Positions 19,203-29,581 of a DNA stretch of 64,000 bases are shown in pieces. The notes under the pieces were generated by a model. It made no database searches. It was not told the DNA's origin and was given only the letters and a program-made list of their open reading frames with translations. Source of the DNA: Deltaproteobacteria bacterium (GTDB lineage Bacteria > CG2-30-53-67). A program made the translations under genes and the position numbers. The DNA is taken from assembly GCA_013151235.1 (NCBI GenBank), contig JAADIO010000032.1:2166-66165 (forward strand). Direction: 5' to 3'. Within the stretch, counting starts at the first letter, position 1, and each line of letters begins with the position of its first letter.

Positions 19203-20309
19203 CTATGCTGATTTACGGAGAATACGTTTGATTGCGGGAATAAACCTGTATTCAACGCCATACAACAATTTTGAATATAATGTGACATTAAAAAGATGAA
19301 CGTTGATATGCCTTCTGCAGTTCCGTGTCCACTTTTCCTTGTAGTGGTCAGAACTTCCCCCCAGGTCATATTCGGTTATCTCCCCCTTTTCGAAGAGTTG
19401 TTGAACGATATGCGCGTCCAGAAAAACACCCGGTGACATCCGGCCGTAATCTTTTTTGTGCGATGCCCGCATGCCGTAAATTTTATCATTATATTTCAGG
19501 TGATATTCAAACGCAACCGGATCGCCTTTGACCTTTAGTAACCAGACCGAGAGCCATCCCTTTTCGGCGGCTACGCGCGAAAGTTGATCGAAGAAACGGC
19601 GGTTCGCCGGGGAGCTTAGCGAGTCTCCAATTTCTTCCGTCCAGCTGTTTCTTGCAATCTCATACAATTCCGGTGCGATGCTTTGAAATGTTGCATAATC
19701 ATTAATTTCTTGTACGGAAAAATCCCTTTCCCGCTTGAAGCGGTTGCGAATATTCCGGAGGGTTTTACGTGCTTTGGATGATCGGCTTTTGTAATAACTC
19801 TCCCAGTCTGAGTTGATTGTGATGTAGGGCGATATCAAGGCGGGTTGTGTGCCGTAAAGAAAATTCTTGTCTTTCAGGATTTTTCGGAGAAAGTCACAGT
19901 TTCGGGAATTTTCGGGGATATTCTTGAATTCGACAAGATCCCAGCAGTCCTTCTCGGCCATCAGGTGATCGAGAATCGCACGTAACGCCTTCTCTCTCTT
20001 TTCCGGATGTAAGAGAAAGTCATTGTGCAGGGAGTTTCCATTCTCGACAAAGGTGAACATCCTGATCGGGAATCCTCGATTACGTTGTCGCCGGATCATC
20101 ATCGGTGCGATCCCGATCAGCTCTTCATTCTCACGGATCAGGAAAATGCGCAGGAGATTCTGCTGCCCGAAGGTTTGCCACCAGCAGCGATACCATTCGG
20201 GCGTGTAAAATACAGTGCTTTCCTTTTTCTGCAGGATCAGCAGGTTGTTCCATTCGGCCTCCAGCGGATGGATCCGATCGAGGTTGTCGATTGAGTGAAC
20301 GGTAATCAC
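19203..20309 (-). CDS. GNAT-fold acyltransferase, CelD/BioF2-like (Acetyltransf_6 type)
   Basis: The conserved region starts at 'IHPLEAEWNNL..FYTPEWYRCWW'. The longest ORF (from 20534) overlaps the FemAB gene with a low-complexity N-terminus. I propose a GTG start near 20309, which is uncertain. Confidence 0.55.
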   Translation of the reverse strand: MITVHSIDNLDRIHPLEAEWNNLLILQKKESTVFYTPEWYRCWWQTFGQQNLLRIFLIRENEELIGIAPMMIRRQRNRGFPIRMFTFVENGNSLHNDFLLHPEKREKALRAILDHLMAEKDCWDLVEFKNIPENSRNCDFLRKILKDKNFLYGTQPALISPYITINSDWESYYKSRSSKARKTLRNIRNRFKRERDFSVQEINDYATFQSIAPELYEIARNSWTEEIGDSLSSPANRRFFDQLSRVAAEKGWLSVWLLKVKGDPVAFEYHLKYNDKIYGMRASHKKDYGRMSPGVFLDAHIVQQLFEKGEITEYDLGGSSDHYKEKWTRNCRRHINVHLFNVTLYSKLLYGVEYRFIPAIKRILRKSA

Positions 20310-20356
20310 CTTTCCCGCCCGTGAGATCTCCGGCGAACCGGAAGGGTTGTCCAAAC

Positions 20357-21397
20357 TTATGCGATAATGTTCTTCCGTACCATCGGCCCCATAATCTTGC
20401 TCAGTCCGACCGGAAGTCTTTTCCAGACTGCGACCATCCGTGCCATGGCGGGACTGATCCGGTTTCCGGCTTCCGTCATGCCCTGGTTTTTTGCCCAGCA
20501 GTCCCAATAGAGTTGTTTCGGTTCCGCCCCCCACTGTGCCTTGAACCGGTATGTCCCCCCGTTCGGGGTGGATCTGCCGAAGTCGAATTTTCGGAATCCA
20601 TGTTCACAGGCATACTCGAGGGTCTTCCAGTACAGGAGCATGTTCGGGGCGAAACGGTTGTAGCTTCTGAGGGATGAGGCCCACGGGATTTCAAGGCGAC
20701 CGCGAAATCCGATGAGAAAACCCGAGGCGACCGGGACCTCCCGTGCGTATACAACACAGATCACGGCCCGGTTCGGGAAGAGGTCCAGGATATTACGGAA
20801 CAGCTTCTTGCCGTGTACCGGAGAGCCGAGATCCCGCATGTTTACGGCAAAGACATGGTAGAAATCATCCAGCAGTTCCTTGCTTCCGAAGTGTGCTTCG
20901 AACCCCTCCTTCATTGGTTTTTTGATCTGGCTTCTGAGCTTGGATCTGAAGGAAGTCCAGAGTTCATCGGGGGATTCGGGAAGATCGAGGATCATGGAGA
21001 CCTTGCACTGATTCCGGGTGAGGCCGAGTTCATAAGATTCCGCATGGCGTAGCTCCAGCGCCATCCGATGCTTCCCGGCAAGTTCGATCGCCGCATCGAG
21101 CAGTTTTGTCCGGACATCGTTATTCTCTGCAACGATGCCTCCGTAGTTCACGAAGGGCATGGAAACCAGGAAACGACCGAAGATCAGGCTCTTGACGTAC
21201 ACCAAGGGAAGAACCCCGACGATCTGATCTTCTTTTTCGGCACATAGGTAACAGGTTTGATGAGGAAAGGTCCTTTCCATCAGTTTCTTCCAGGAGAAAA
21301 GATGATAGAGCGATGCCGAAGGAGTCTGAAGAACGAAATCGTCCCAGGCTGTTTTTTGCTCCGGGACTAGGTAGGATATTTGAATGCTTTGTTTCAC
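20357..21397 (-). CDS. FemAB-family protein, PEP-CTERM/exosortase-system associated type
   Basis: 346 aa with a GNAT-like duplicated fold typical of FemAB. Sits next to EpsI and the exosortase. Confidence 0.65.
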   Translation of the reverse strand: MKQSIQISYLVPEQKTAWDDFVLQTPSASLYHLFSWKKLMERTFPHQTCYLCAEKEDQIVGVLPLVYVKSLIFGRFLVSMPFVNYGGIVAENNDVRTKLLDAAIELAGKHRMALELRHAESYELGLTRNQCKVSMILDLPESPDELWTSFRSKLRSQIKKPMKEGFEAHFGSKELLDDFYHVFAVNMRDLGSPVHGKKLFRNILDLFPNRAVICVVYAREVPVASGFLIGFRGRLEIPWASSLRSYNRFAPNMLLYWKTLEYACEHGFRKFDFGRSTPNGGTYRFKAQWGAEPKQLYWDCWAKNQGMTEAGNRISPAMARMVAVWKRLPVGLSKIMGPMVRKNIIA

Positions 21398-21401
21398 TGT
21401 C

Positions 21402-22046
21402 TCAGGAGGAGGTCTTTGTGGACCATTCTAATAGATAAGGATAGAATTTCAGAAGGAAATTTTGCAGGGTCCTCCATTGTTGTTCCGGTCTTTTCTCTAT
21501 CGGCATGGAAATCCGTACAAGCGCACCGTTGGTTCGGTTGTTCTGCAACGCGCGGCGGATCAGGTCAAACCGCTGGAGATACTCGTTTGCAATCACCCGG
21601 TTGTCCGCCTGGTACCAGTAGGCGACCAGCCGTTTGTCGGTGCCGTTTTCGATTATCATCCGGTTGATGTGAATCTTCCGGTCTCCAACCGGAACGGCAA
21701 CGACCTCCCTGCGAACCGGGGTCCAACCGCTGCCGGGATAACAGTGTAGGGGGGAGTGGATCTGTGTGCCGTTCTGCTGGGTTCGGTAGTAGCCGATGTA
21801 GAGCCAGATCGTTTGACCGTCGAGGGTATGGTAGGCCCGGTTCAGAATTGCATCGGCGCCGAGTTTTTTTAGGACGGCCGGTTTTAGGGGGATCTCTTCG
21901 CTCTGCCATTTACCGATCCGGTCCGGGAAGGTTGAAAAATTCCGGACGAGCGGAACCGGGATGGGGTGAGAAAGGGACCGACTGTAGAAAAAGACCCCGA
22001 TCAGCAGGATGAAAATCACCGAGAAATAGAGGTTGGATTTTTTCAT
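21402..22046 (-). CDS. EpsI-family exosortase-associated protein
   Basis: 214 aa with an N-terminal signal-anchor ('LYFSVIFILLIGVFFY') and a periplasmic domain. Lies immediately downstream of the exosortase with a 4-nt stop/start overlap, as in XrtA-EpsI pairs. Confidence 0.65.
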   Translation of the reverse strand: MKKSNLYFSVIFILLIGVFFYSRSLSHPIPVPLVRNFSTFPDRIGKWQSEEIPLKPAVLKKLGADAILNRAYHTLDGQTIWLYIGYYRTQQNGTQIHSPLHCYPGSGWTPVRREVVAVPVGDRKIHINRMIIENGTDKRLVAYWYQADNRVIANEYLQRFDLIRRALQNNRTNGALVRISMPIEKRPEQQWRTLQNFLLKFYPYLLEWSTKTSS

Positions 22047-22963
22047 GATGGTTTCACCTGCTCCGGGTGTGCCGGCCGCCGATGAAACGCCTGCAGGAGT
22101 TCATTCACCCCGAATATGAGAAGCGTAGCGGTCGTATAGACCACGATCCCGGAGGTTTCGTGGAGGAATCCCTGAGCCGTGTCGGGTCCTTTGTAAACGG
22201 CGAGAAGGGCCGTGACGACAAGGCGGAGAATGTTGCTGATCACGGCTATGGGGAAGATAGCGACAACCAGGAGAGCCCGGGGAAGGAAGCGTTGCTGGGC
22301 GATGTAGGTGAAGGCGATCCCGAAGGTGAGAAGTGAGGTCAGGGAGCGCAGTCCGCTGCAGGCATCGGCGACCTCCAGGGTGGTGTTCGGAAGATAAATG
22401 ATGTTTCCTTCATGGTGGACGGTAATGTGAAGAAGGTCAATAGTGAACACCGCCCATTTCGTAGCGAAGAGTTTCATGGGGGATGCGATGGCGTAATAGA
22501 GAATGTACGGCAAGGGGATCATCAGCAGGAGATAGAGGATCGGGAATACAATCGTCTTGCTCCCTTTCTTCCCCCACATGGTCAGGAGGATTCCAAGCAG
22601 AACAATGATGAAAGAAATCCGTGTGGTAAAAAGTTCATTCCCTGCGATGCCGATCAGGTAGGTTGTAAATCCGAACAGAACGACGAACAGCCCCGGGCCG
22701 TAAGGTTCCGGCTGAATTCGTGAGATTTTTTTTCTTTTACGCCAGACGAGAAATGCCGAGATGAGAGGAACAAAGATTCCGTAACCGTAGTTCGGGTCCT
22801 GATTCCAGTCCCGCCAGAGTTCCGGAAATACGGGCGCATATAGAACAAGCAAACCGAAGCCCAGAAGGCTGAGTTGCAACGGAAAGATTTTCCGGGAGGG
22901 CGATATCTTGTCTGTCTGTACGTGCTCTGTGGCCTTCATACAGCTCCGCCCTCTCGGTTCCAT
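22043..22963 (-). CDS. exosortase (XrtA-like), PEP-CTERM protein-sorting transpeptidase
   Basis: Polytopic membrane protein. N-terminal 'W..DPNYGYGIFVPLISAFLVW' matches the exosortase DPxYSHG box. 'DACSGLRSL' carries the catalytic Cys and 'ILRLVVTA' the Arg. The start may be the internal 'MKAT'. Confidence 0.85.
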   Translation of the reverse strand: MEPRGRSCMKATEHVQTDKISPSRKIFPLQLSLLGFGLLVLYAPVFPELWRDWNQDPNYGYGIFVPLISAFLVWRKRKKISRIQPEPYGPGLFVVLFGFTTYLIGIAGNELFTTRISFIIVLLGILLTMWGKKGSKTIVFPILYLLLMIPLPYILYYAIASPMKLFATKWAVFTIDLLHITVHHEGNIIYLPNTTLEVADACSGLRSLTSLLTFGIAFTYIAQQRFLPRALLVVAIFPIAVISNILRLVVTALLAVYKGPDTAQGFLHETSGIVVYTTATLLIFGVNELLQAFHRRPAHPEQVKPS

Positions 22964-23115
22964 CCGGAAGAGCTTGAGGTTCTTCCTCCATATGGAACTT
23001 CACCTTCCCTCATGGAAGGGCCGGCAGGACCGGCCGGTATTTGTTGGTCTGAACAGGGCTCACCTCATTGAAGTCTTTACTGCGGCTTCATGGTGAGACC
23101 ATCCCGGGATGCCTT

Positions 23116-24129
23116 TCAGGGTTCTACCAGAACACTTTGATACCAGCGAATTGTTTCGGTCAGCCCCTTTTCCAGATCAAATTGAGGGTGATAAGCGAGA
23201 TACTTCTCGGCGTAGGAGATGTCGGCCAGGGAGTGCCGGATATCTCCTTGTCGTTTCTCCCTGTAGCTGATCTCGGAACGGGAGCCTGTGATCTCGATGA
23301 TCTTCTCCGCCAGTTCCAGGATACTGATCCGCTCGCCGTACGCGATGTTGAAGGACCGGCCGGCTGCTTGATCCTGCACAAATCCGGCGAGGTTGGCCGC
23401 AACCACGTCGTCGATGTAGGTGAAGTCCCTGGTCTGTCCACCGTCCCCTTCAATGGTAATCGGCTCTCCCTTGAGCGCAGCGGTGACAAACTTGGGAATG
23501 ACGGCGGCATAATCCGATTTCGGGTCTTGTTTTCGTCCGTAGACATTGAAATAGCGGAGTCCCACGGTGTCGAGGCCGTAGATGTCGTGGAAGACCTTGA
23601 GATAGAGTTCCTTGGTGACCTTGGAGACGGCGTAAGGGGACTGAGGGTTGTAGGGCATCGTTTCGCGCTTGGGCAGTTCCGGGGTGTCGCCGTAGACGGA
23701 GGAGGAGATGGCCGTGACGACTTTTTTTACCCCGGAGTCGAGAGCGGCCTTCAACATGTTCAGCGTTCCCGTGACATTGATCTCGTTTGTAGCGAGGGGA
23801 TCCTCCACGCTCCGCGCGACGCTGGGGCGCGCCGCCTGATGTGAAACCGCCTCAATGCTGAAGGTTTGCATCACGTCGGTTAGATGGCTCCGGTCGAGAA
23901 TGCTCCCTTCAATGAGGGTGAAATCGGGATGATCGATGATTCCCTCCAGGTTTTCCCTGCGTCCCGTGCTGAAATCGTCGAAGACGACCACCGTATGTCC
24001 CGCCTGGATGGATTGTTCGGCAAGGTTGCTTCCGATAAATCCTGCGCCGCCGGTAATGAGAATTTTCACGTCTTGCTCCTCTGAATATGAATGGGGGATA
24101 ACCCTGTCAATTTTACTATTATACTTCAT
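23116..24129 (-). CDS. NAD-dependent nucleotide-sugar epimerase/dehydratase (UDP-hexose 4-epimerase-like)
   Basis: 'GGAGFIGSNL' Rossmann motif, 'YAVSK' catalytic YxxxK, 337 aa. Confidence 0.85.
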   Translation of the reverse strand: MKYNSKIDRVIPHSYSEEQDVKILITGGAGFIGSNLAEQSIQAGHTVVVFDDFSTGRRENLEGIIDHPDFTLIEGSILDRSHLTDVMQTFSIEAVSHQAARPSVARSVEDPLATNEINVTGTLNMLKAALDSGVKKVVTAISSSVYGDTPELPKRETMPYNPQSPYAVSKVTKELYLKVFHDIYGLDTVGLRYFNVYGRKQDPKSDYAAVIPKFVTAALKGEPITIEGDGGQTRDFTYIDDVVAANLAGFVQDQAAGRSFNIAYGERISILELAEKIIEITGSRSEISYREKRQGDIRHSLADISYAEKYLAYHPQFDLEKGLTETIRWYQSVLVEP

Positions 24130-24391
24130 TCGTGTTGTCGGGGAAAACCTTTTTTCAGGTTTTCCCCGAATTAATATTCCGCCCGGGTAGGGGTTGTGCT
24201 CAAGTTTCCGGGTTGCTGAGCCGATAAGAGAGATACTCAGTCGAAAAATGATGGAAGTCTATAGGAATCTTCACTGGAAATCTACGAAGTCAAGGGATCC
24301 TGCCCTATGGCTTCCGAACTCTTTCGGTTGTGCGGCAGGTCTAATAATCCCGGCTCATGATGGAGCCCGGGAAAATCAACGGAGGTGTACA

Positions 24392-25006
24392 ATGAAAAGA
24401 TTGGGAAGAACATCAGGTTTTACCCTGATCGAGATTATCGTGGTCATTGCCGTCATCGCGATCCTGGCGGCAATCATGACCCCCTCGATCATCAAAAATA
24501 TCGATGATTCCAGAATCGCACGGGCCAAGAACGATGTCCAGGTCCTGGGAGCGTCCGTTGCCGATTTCTACAAGGATACGGGAAAATGGCCGACCGATAA
24601 TGACCCGAGCGCCGGGAACAGTAACTATCTTTATGTGTTGGAGACTGTCGGCGGGACCACCCCCAGTCACAGTGGAACGGATACCAACGGCTGGACCACA
24701 TGGGGGGCCGCACGACGTGACACCTTTGAGAACCAGTTGGTTCTGAACGATCCGAAGGGAGGCGGCAATGCCTATCCGACGACCGGCGAGTTCCGATGGA
24801 AGGGACCCTATATTAACGAGATCAAGAGCGATCCGTGGGGGAACAAATACTACTGTAACGTAATCGGGCTCTGGTACGGCAGGGGCTACGAAGCCGTCTT
24901 TGTCCTTTCCGCCGGTCCCGACGGGGTCATCAATACCGATGTAAAACAGCTTATTTCTTCCAGTCCGACGCTGGGGGGGGACGATATCGGTTTCCGAATA
25001 AAATGA
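24392..25006 (+). CDS. type IV pilin / T2SS pseudopilin-like protein with prepilin N-terminus
   Basis: 'MKRLGRTSG|FTLIEIIVVIAVIAILAAI' is a class III signal (G-1, F+1, E+5). RBS 'GGAGGTG' lies 5 nt upstream of the ATG at 24392. The longest ORF, from 24194, is unlikely to be the true start. Confidence 0.75.
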   Translation: MKRLGRTSGFTLIEIIVVIAVIAILAAIMTPSIIKNIDDSRIARAKNDVQVLGASVADFYKDTGKWPTDNDPSAGNSNYLYVLETVGGTTPSHSGTDTNGWTTWGAARRDTFENQLVLNDPKGGGNAYPTTGEFRWKGPYINEIKSDPWGNKYYCNVIGLWYGRGYEAVFVLSAGPDGVINTDVKQLISSSPTLGGDDIGFRIK

Positions 25007-25097
25007 TGTGATCGTTTCATGAGGATAAGCTGTTCCTGCTGACCATTGCACCGGGTCCGATTTTTACCATCGGTCACGGGATGAAAGGTTCCTTCTG

Positions 25098-26768
25098 ATG
25101 CCGGTAAGTACACCTCCGAAAACCCGTCCTTTAGGGGAACGTCTGATTGATGCGGGGCTTTTAACCTCCGAGCAGCTTCGCATCGCGCTGAAGGAACAGA
25201 AACGAACGAAAGAGATGCTGGGCCGGATCCTGGTCCGGCTGGGATTTACCACACAGGAGCAGATCGAGGCGGCCCTGGCGCAGGAGTCGGGGACCGTTCA
25301 GAAAAATCTCGAATTTGTCGAGATTGATCTTGATGCCGTCAAACTGATCAATGAGGAGACGGCCCGGAAATACAAACTGATTCCGGTCTCCCGGGAGGGA
25401 GAGGTGCTGACGGTTGCCATGGTCGACACCTTTGACGTGGTGGCCATTGACGAAGTCCAGAACGAGTCAGGTCTTGATGTGAACGTGATTGCCGCCTCGG
25501 AGAAGGATGTCCTGGAGGCGATCAACAAGTATTGCGGATTTTCCGGGTCCATCGATGAAGTGGTCGATCAGGCCCTTGCCGAGGGGCTGGGGCGTGATCG
25601 GGCCGACCAGGAGGCCCAGGAGGCTCCGATCATCCGCCTGGTCAATCAGTTGATCCTTCGCGGGATTAATGAAGCGGCAACGGATATTCACTTCGAACCG
25701 GACGAAAAGGTCCTGCGGATTCGTTACCGTCTGGACGGGGCCTTGCAGCAGGGGTTTCTCCTGCCCAAGCAGTTGCAGCCTTCGGTCATTGCCCGGATCA
25801 AAATCCTGGCCGACCTGAACATTGCTGAATCGCGCATCCCCCAGGACGGCAAGATCCGTTTTCAAATCGGGAAGAAAGATATCGATCTCCGTGTTTCCAC
25901 CCTTCCGACCATTTACGGGGAGAACGTGGTGATGCGGATTCTCGACAAGTCAAAGGTCCTTCTGGGGCTGGAGGACCTCGGTTTTTCCCCGCAGAATCTC
26001 GAGATTTTCACCGAGATGATTCAGCGCCCTCACGGGATCATTCTCGTCACCGGGCCCACCGGATCGGGCAAGACGACGACGCTCTACACGGCTCTTTCCC
26101 ATATCAACTCTCTGGACAAGAAGATCTGCACCCTGGAGGATCCTGTGGAATATCAGCTCTCGGTGATTCGTCAGACCCAGATTAATGAAGAGATCGGTAT
26201 GACCTTTGCCGCCGGTCTGCGCTCCTTGTTACGACAGGACCCCGATGTGATTCTTGTGGGAGAGATGCGGGATACGGAAACCGCGGAGATGGCCATCCGG
26301 GCGGCCCTGACCGGACACCTGGTCTTTTCCACCCTTCATACCAACGATGCCGCCGGCGCTCTGCCGCGGTTGATCGATATGGGGCTGGACCCTTATCTCC
26401 TGGCCTCTTCCATCATCATGGTCCTGGCCCAGCGGCTGGTCCGAAAGATCTGCCCCGACTGCAAGGAGGCCTATACGGTCCCTGCCGAAGAACTGCGGGC
26501 TCTTGGACTGGCCGAGATGGAAGGGTTTTCCTTCTACAGGGGGGCGGGCTGCGATAAGTGTAATCAGTCCGGCTATCGGGGGCGGGCGGCCATTTATGAA
26601 CTTCTTCCGGTGGATCACACCGTTCATGATCTGATTCTGCAAGGGGCTTCCTCCGTCGAGATTCAGAAATCTGCGATGTCACAGGGGATGACGACCATGC
26701 GGAACGACGGATTCAAAAAAGTAGTGGTCGGTTTGACGACCCTCGACGAAGTGATGCGCCTGACGTAA
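25098..26768 (+). CDS. gspE: type II secretion / type IV pilus assembly ATPase (GspE/PilB family) with N-terminal GSPII_E_N repeats
   Basis: Walker A 'GPTGSGKTTT', Asp and His boxes, and a tetracysteine 'CPDC...CDKC' motif. 556 aa. Confidence 0.9.
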   Translation: MPVSTPPKTRPLGERLIDAGLLTSEQLRIALKEQKRTKEMLGRILVRLGFTTQEQIEAALAQESGTVQKNLEFVEIDLDAVKLINEETARKYKLIPVSREGEVLTVAMVDTFDVVAIDEVQNESGLDVNVIAASEKDVLEAINKYCGFSGSIDEVVDQALAEGLGRDRADQEAQEAPIIRLVNQLILRGINEAATDIHFEPDEKVLRIRYRLDGALQQGFLLPKQLQPSVIARIKILADLNIAESRIPQDGKIRFQIGKKDIDLRVSTLPTIYGENVVMRILDKSKVLLGLEDLGFSPQNLEIFTEMIQRPHGIILVTGPTGSGKTTTLYTALSHINSLDKKICTLEDPVEYQLSVIRQTQINEEIGMTFAAGLRSLLRQDPDVILVGEMRDTETAEMAIRAALTGHLVFSTLHTNDAAGALPRLIDMGLDPYLLASSIIMVLAQRLVRKICPDCKEAYTVPAEELRALGLAEMEGFSFYRGAGCDKCNQSGYRGRAAIYELLPVDHTVHDLILQGASSVEIQKSAMSQGMTTMRNDGFKKVVVGLTTLDEVMRLT

Positions 26769-26784
26769 TTCCCGGGGACAGGCA

Positions 26785-27984
26785 ATGCCCGAATATACCT
26801 ATAAAGCGAGAAATACGGAAGGCAAACTGATCAACGGTGTGATGGCTGCGGTCAACCCGGAGGATCTCTATGCAAAGCTGTCCGGGATCGGCTGTTATCC
26901 CACCGGTTTCGAGATCCGGAAGAATGTCTCCCTCGGGGTGAGGAAAAGGGTCTCACGGCGGGATCTGATTACTTTCACGGTTCATCTCGGAACCATCCTT
27001 GCCTCGGGGATCCCGATCCTCACCGGCCTGAAGGACCTGCTGGAGCAGACCGAGGTCGGGTTTTTCCGTCAGGTCATTGAAGACATCCATCGGAATATCG
27101 AGGCCGGTCTTTCCCTCTCGGCCGCGATGGCGGAGTACCCGCAGGTCTTTTCCGAACTGTATGTGGCCATGGTTTCCGCCGGGGAGAGTACCGGGAAAAT
27201 GGAGGAAACCTTCCAGAGTCTGACCTCCTATCTGGAGTGGCAGGAGGACCTGATGGGGCAGATCAAGCAGGCGACCCTTTATCCCATTGTTGTTTTCTGG
27301 GCCATCGTTGGGCTGGTGGCCCTGATCTTTACCGTGGTCCTGCCGAAATTTCTCGTTATCTTTGAAAAGAGCCATGTGGCGCTCCCCCTTCCGACCCGGA
27401 TCATTATTTCGATCAGTCATTTCATGCTCCACTCCTGGCCGATGCTGCTGTGCGGGATCTTTCTCTTTTTCCTGGCGCTGCGCTTCATCAAAGGGATTCC
27501 CGCCACCCGGATCGCCTATGACCGGCTCAAATTGATGATCCCAGTTTTCGGGGCCTTAAGTCACAAGATTATCCTGGCCCGGTTTGCGCATACCTTCAGT
27601 TCCCTGTACCGTTCCGGCGTCAATATTATTCATGTTCTGGAATTGATGGAGAAAACAACGGGCAACCGGGTTTTTGAAAGAGCGGTCGTGGAGATCCGCC
27701 AGAGGGTTCAGGAAGGACGGGGTGTTGCCGAGACGATGCGGGAGACGGGGCTCTTTCCTCCCCTGTTCGTTCGGATGGTTTCCATCGGGGAAGAGACAGG
27801 AAGCCTTGATTTTACCCTGGAGAAACTGAGCGGTTTTTACGACCGTGAGGTTCCGATGACCGTTAAAAAGGTCTTCGGTATCATGGAACCGTTGATCATT
27901 GTGATTTTGGGGGGAATCGTGGGGACGGTGGCCATGTCGGTTTTTCTGCCCCTCTACAAGATGATGAGTGTGGCCGGAGGTTAA
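26785..27984 (+). CDS. gspF: GspF/PilC-family inner-membrane platform protein
   Basis: 399 aa with two repeats of the T2SSF domain and three TM segments. Confidence 0.85.
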   Translation: MPEYTYKARNTEGKLINGVMAAVNPEDLYAKLSGIGCYPTGFEIRKNVSLGVRKRVSRRDLITFTVHLGTILASGIPILTGLKDLLEQTEVGFFRQVIEDIHRNIEAGLSLSAAMAEYPQVFSELYVAMVSAGESTGKMEETFQSLTSYLEWQEDLMGQIKQATLYPIVVFWAIVGLVALIFTVVLPKFLVIFEKSHVALPLPTRIIISISHFMLHSWPMLLCGIFLFFLALRFIKGIPATRIAYDRLKLMIPVFGALSHKIILARFAHTFSSLYRSGVNIIHVLELMEKTTGNRVFERAVVEIRQRVQEGRGVAETMRETGLFPPLFVRMVSIGEETGSLDFTLEKLSGFYDREVPMTVKKVFGIMEPLIIVILGGIVGTVAMSVFLPLYKMMSVAGG

Positions 27985-27987
27985 ACG

Positions 27988-29577
27988 GTGGTTTTTTTTT
28001 CATCCAGATTGGTTGTCGGCATGGAGATCAGCGGGAACGTCATTCGTCTGGCTCTGCTCCGGCGCTTGCGAAAAAAAGATTCTCTGGAGGGGCTGATTCG
28101 ACTGGAAGCACCGTCCGACAATATCGAGGATGTCCGCCGGACGCTCACCGATGGTGTCCGCCGGAACGGTCTGACGGGAACGCCCGCAGCCATGATTCTC
28201 CAGGACCCCCGCATCCTGCACCGGGCTTTCGCCTTGCCGAAGATGTCGCAGAAAGAGATTGATGCTGTCGTTCCCTTTGAAGCACGAAAGGCCTTCGGGG
28301 TCAGGCGGGACTTCCGGATCGTTTACCATGTACATACCCGTTATCGGGAAGAAGGGGTCCCGAAGATTGAGGTCCTTGCCGCTGCGGTCCCGGGGGAGAT
28401 CGTGCAGAATGCCCTCGATCTGATTCGGGCCGCCGATCTGGTCCCGTACTATCTCATGTCCCTTCCATTTGTACAGTCGCAGCTACCTTCAGCCGCTCTG
28501 ATCTCGGAAACGGAGGAGACGGTGGCTCATCTCCATATCACCCGTATGGGGGTCGATCTGACGGTAACCCGGGGGGGGCATTTTCTCTTTTCCCGCTTGA
28601 TCCGAAAGGAGATCGACTTTTCCCGATTTGATATGACGCCGATGTCGGCGGAACCGGCCTCTTTTGAGAACGACGGCATGGAAATTCTCTCTATTGCCGA
28701 GGAGACGACCGGTGAAAAGGACGATCCTTTCGAACGTCTCTGTACGGAAATCAATCGATCCTTCCTCTATGTCAAACAACAGAACAAGGAGTCCGTAAAG
28801 CGGATTCGGCTGACCGGGGAAGGAAAAAGATTCCCGAACCTGGTGGAGCAGTTGCAACATCACTTAAAACTTCCGCTGACCGTCCTTGAAAATTTGCCGG
28901 GGCTGGATCGGCCGGTCATCTGTACGCCGGCAGCGGGAGAGGAGGGGGAATACGATCTTTGCGTGGCGGTGGCCAAAACCCCCTCGATCTTTTCCACGGC
29001 CAATCTCCTGCCGGAAGAGGAGCAGCTTGAATGGAAAAAGCGATCCGCCCAACGGATTGCAAAGGTTGCCTACATGGTGACGTCGGTCCTGGTCCTGTTT
29101 CTTTATGTGCAGCTTTCCTATCATGTGTATCATGATCAAGTGGAGGCACGGAGATTGCGGCAGGGATATGCCCGGGTGGATCACCGGTTTGAAGGGGTGC
29201 GCCGCACACTTCAGGTTCAATCCGACCGCCTGTTGAGGCGGGCGCTCTGCCGGGGACTCACTTCGGCATCCATTCCTCCGGAGGATGTTCTGGCGGCACT
29301 TGCCCTCTATGCGCCGGATACCGTTGTCCTGAAGCAGTTGGTGGTGCAAGGGGGAAGCCGACCCTTTTTCATGAGGCTGTCGGGAAGGATCGTCCTGCCC
29401 GATTATTCCGGTGGGGAGAAAGAACTGGATCACTTTTTGAATCAATGTAAAAAGACGGGTTTATTCAAGACCGTCCGGGGACGAATCGGTGCCGCTGCGG
29501 ATCAGGGGGAATCGGGACGGGTACAAGTTGCCTCCGTCGGCCGGAGGCGGATCCCGATCGAAATCGAAGGAGAATGA
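27988..29577 (+). CDS. GspL/PilM-like assembly protein (cytoplasmic actin-like domain, TM helix, periplasmic domain)
   Basis: The N-terminus is PilM/GspL-like ('VVGMEISGNVIRLALL'). A single TM lies near residue 350 ('VAYMVTSVLVLFLYV'). 529 aa. Confidence 0.55.
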   Translation: MVFFSSRLVVGMEISGNVIRLALLRRLRKKDSLEGLIRLEAPSDNIEDVRRTLTDGVRRNGLTGTPAAMILQDPRILHRAFALPKMSQKEIDAVVPFEARKAFGVRRDFRIVYHVHTRYREEGVPKIEVLAAAVPGEIVQNALDLIRAADLVPYYLMSLPFVQSQLPSAALISETEETVAHLHITRMGVDLTVTRGGHFLFSRLIRKEIDFSRFDMTPMSAEPASFENDGMEILSIAEETTGEKDDPFERLCTEINRSFLYVKQQNKESVKRIRLTGEGKRFPNLVEQLQHHLKLPLTVLENLPGLDRPVICTPAAGEEGEYDLCVAVAKTPSIFSTANLLPEEEQLEWKKRSAQRIAKVAYMVTSVLVLFLYVQLSYHVYHDQVEARRLRQGYARVDHRFEGVRRTLQVQSDRLLRRALCRGLTSASIPPEDVLAALALYAPDTVVLKQLVVQGGSRPFFMRLSGRIVLPDYSGGEKELDHFLNQCKKTGLFKTVRGRIGAAADQGESGRVQVASVGRRRIPIEIEGE

Positions 29578-29581
29578 CCCC

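Noticed and set aside
23068-23844. 258-aa plus-strand ORF
   Set aside because: It is fully antisense to the NAD-dependent epimerase gene, which has clear Rossmann and YxxxK motifs. The composition is Gly/Asp/Val-rich and typical of a high-GC antisense frame.
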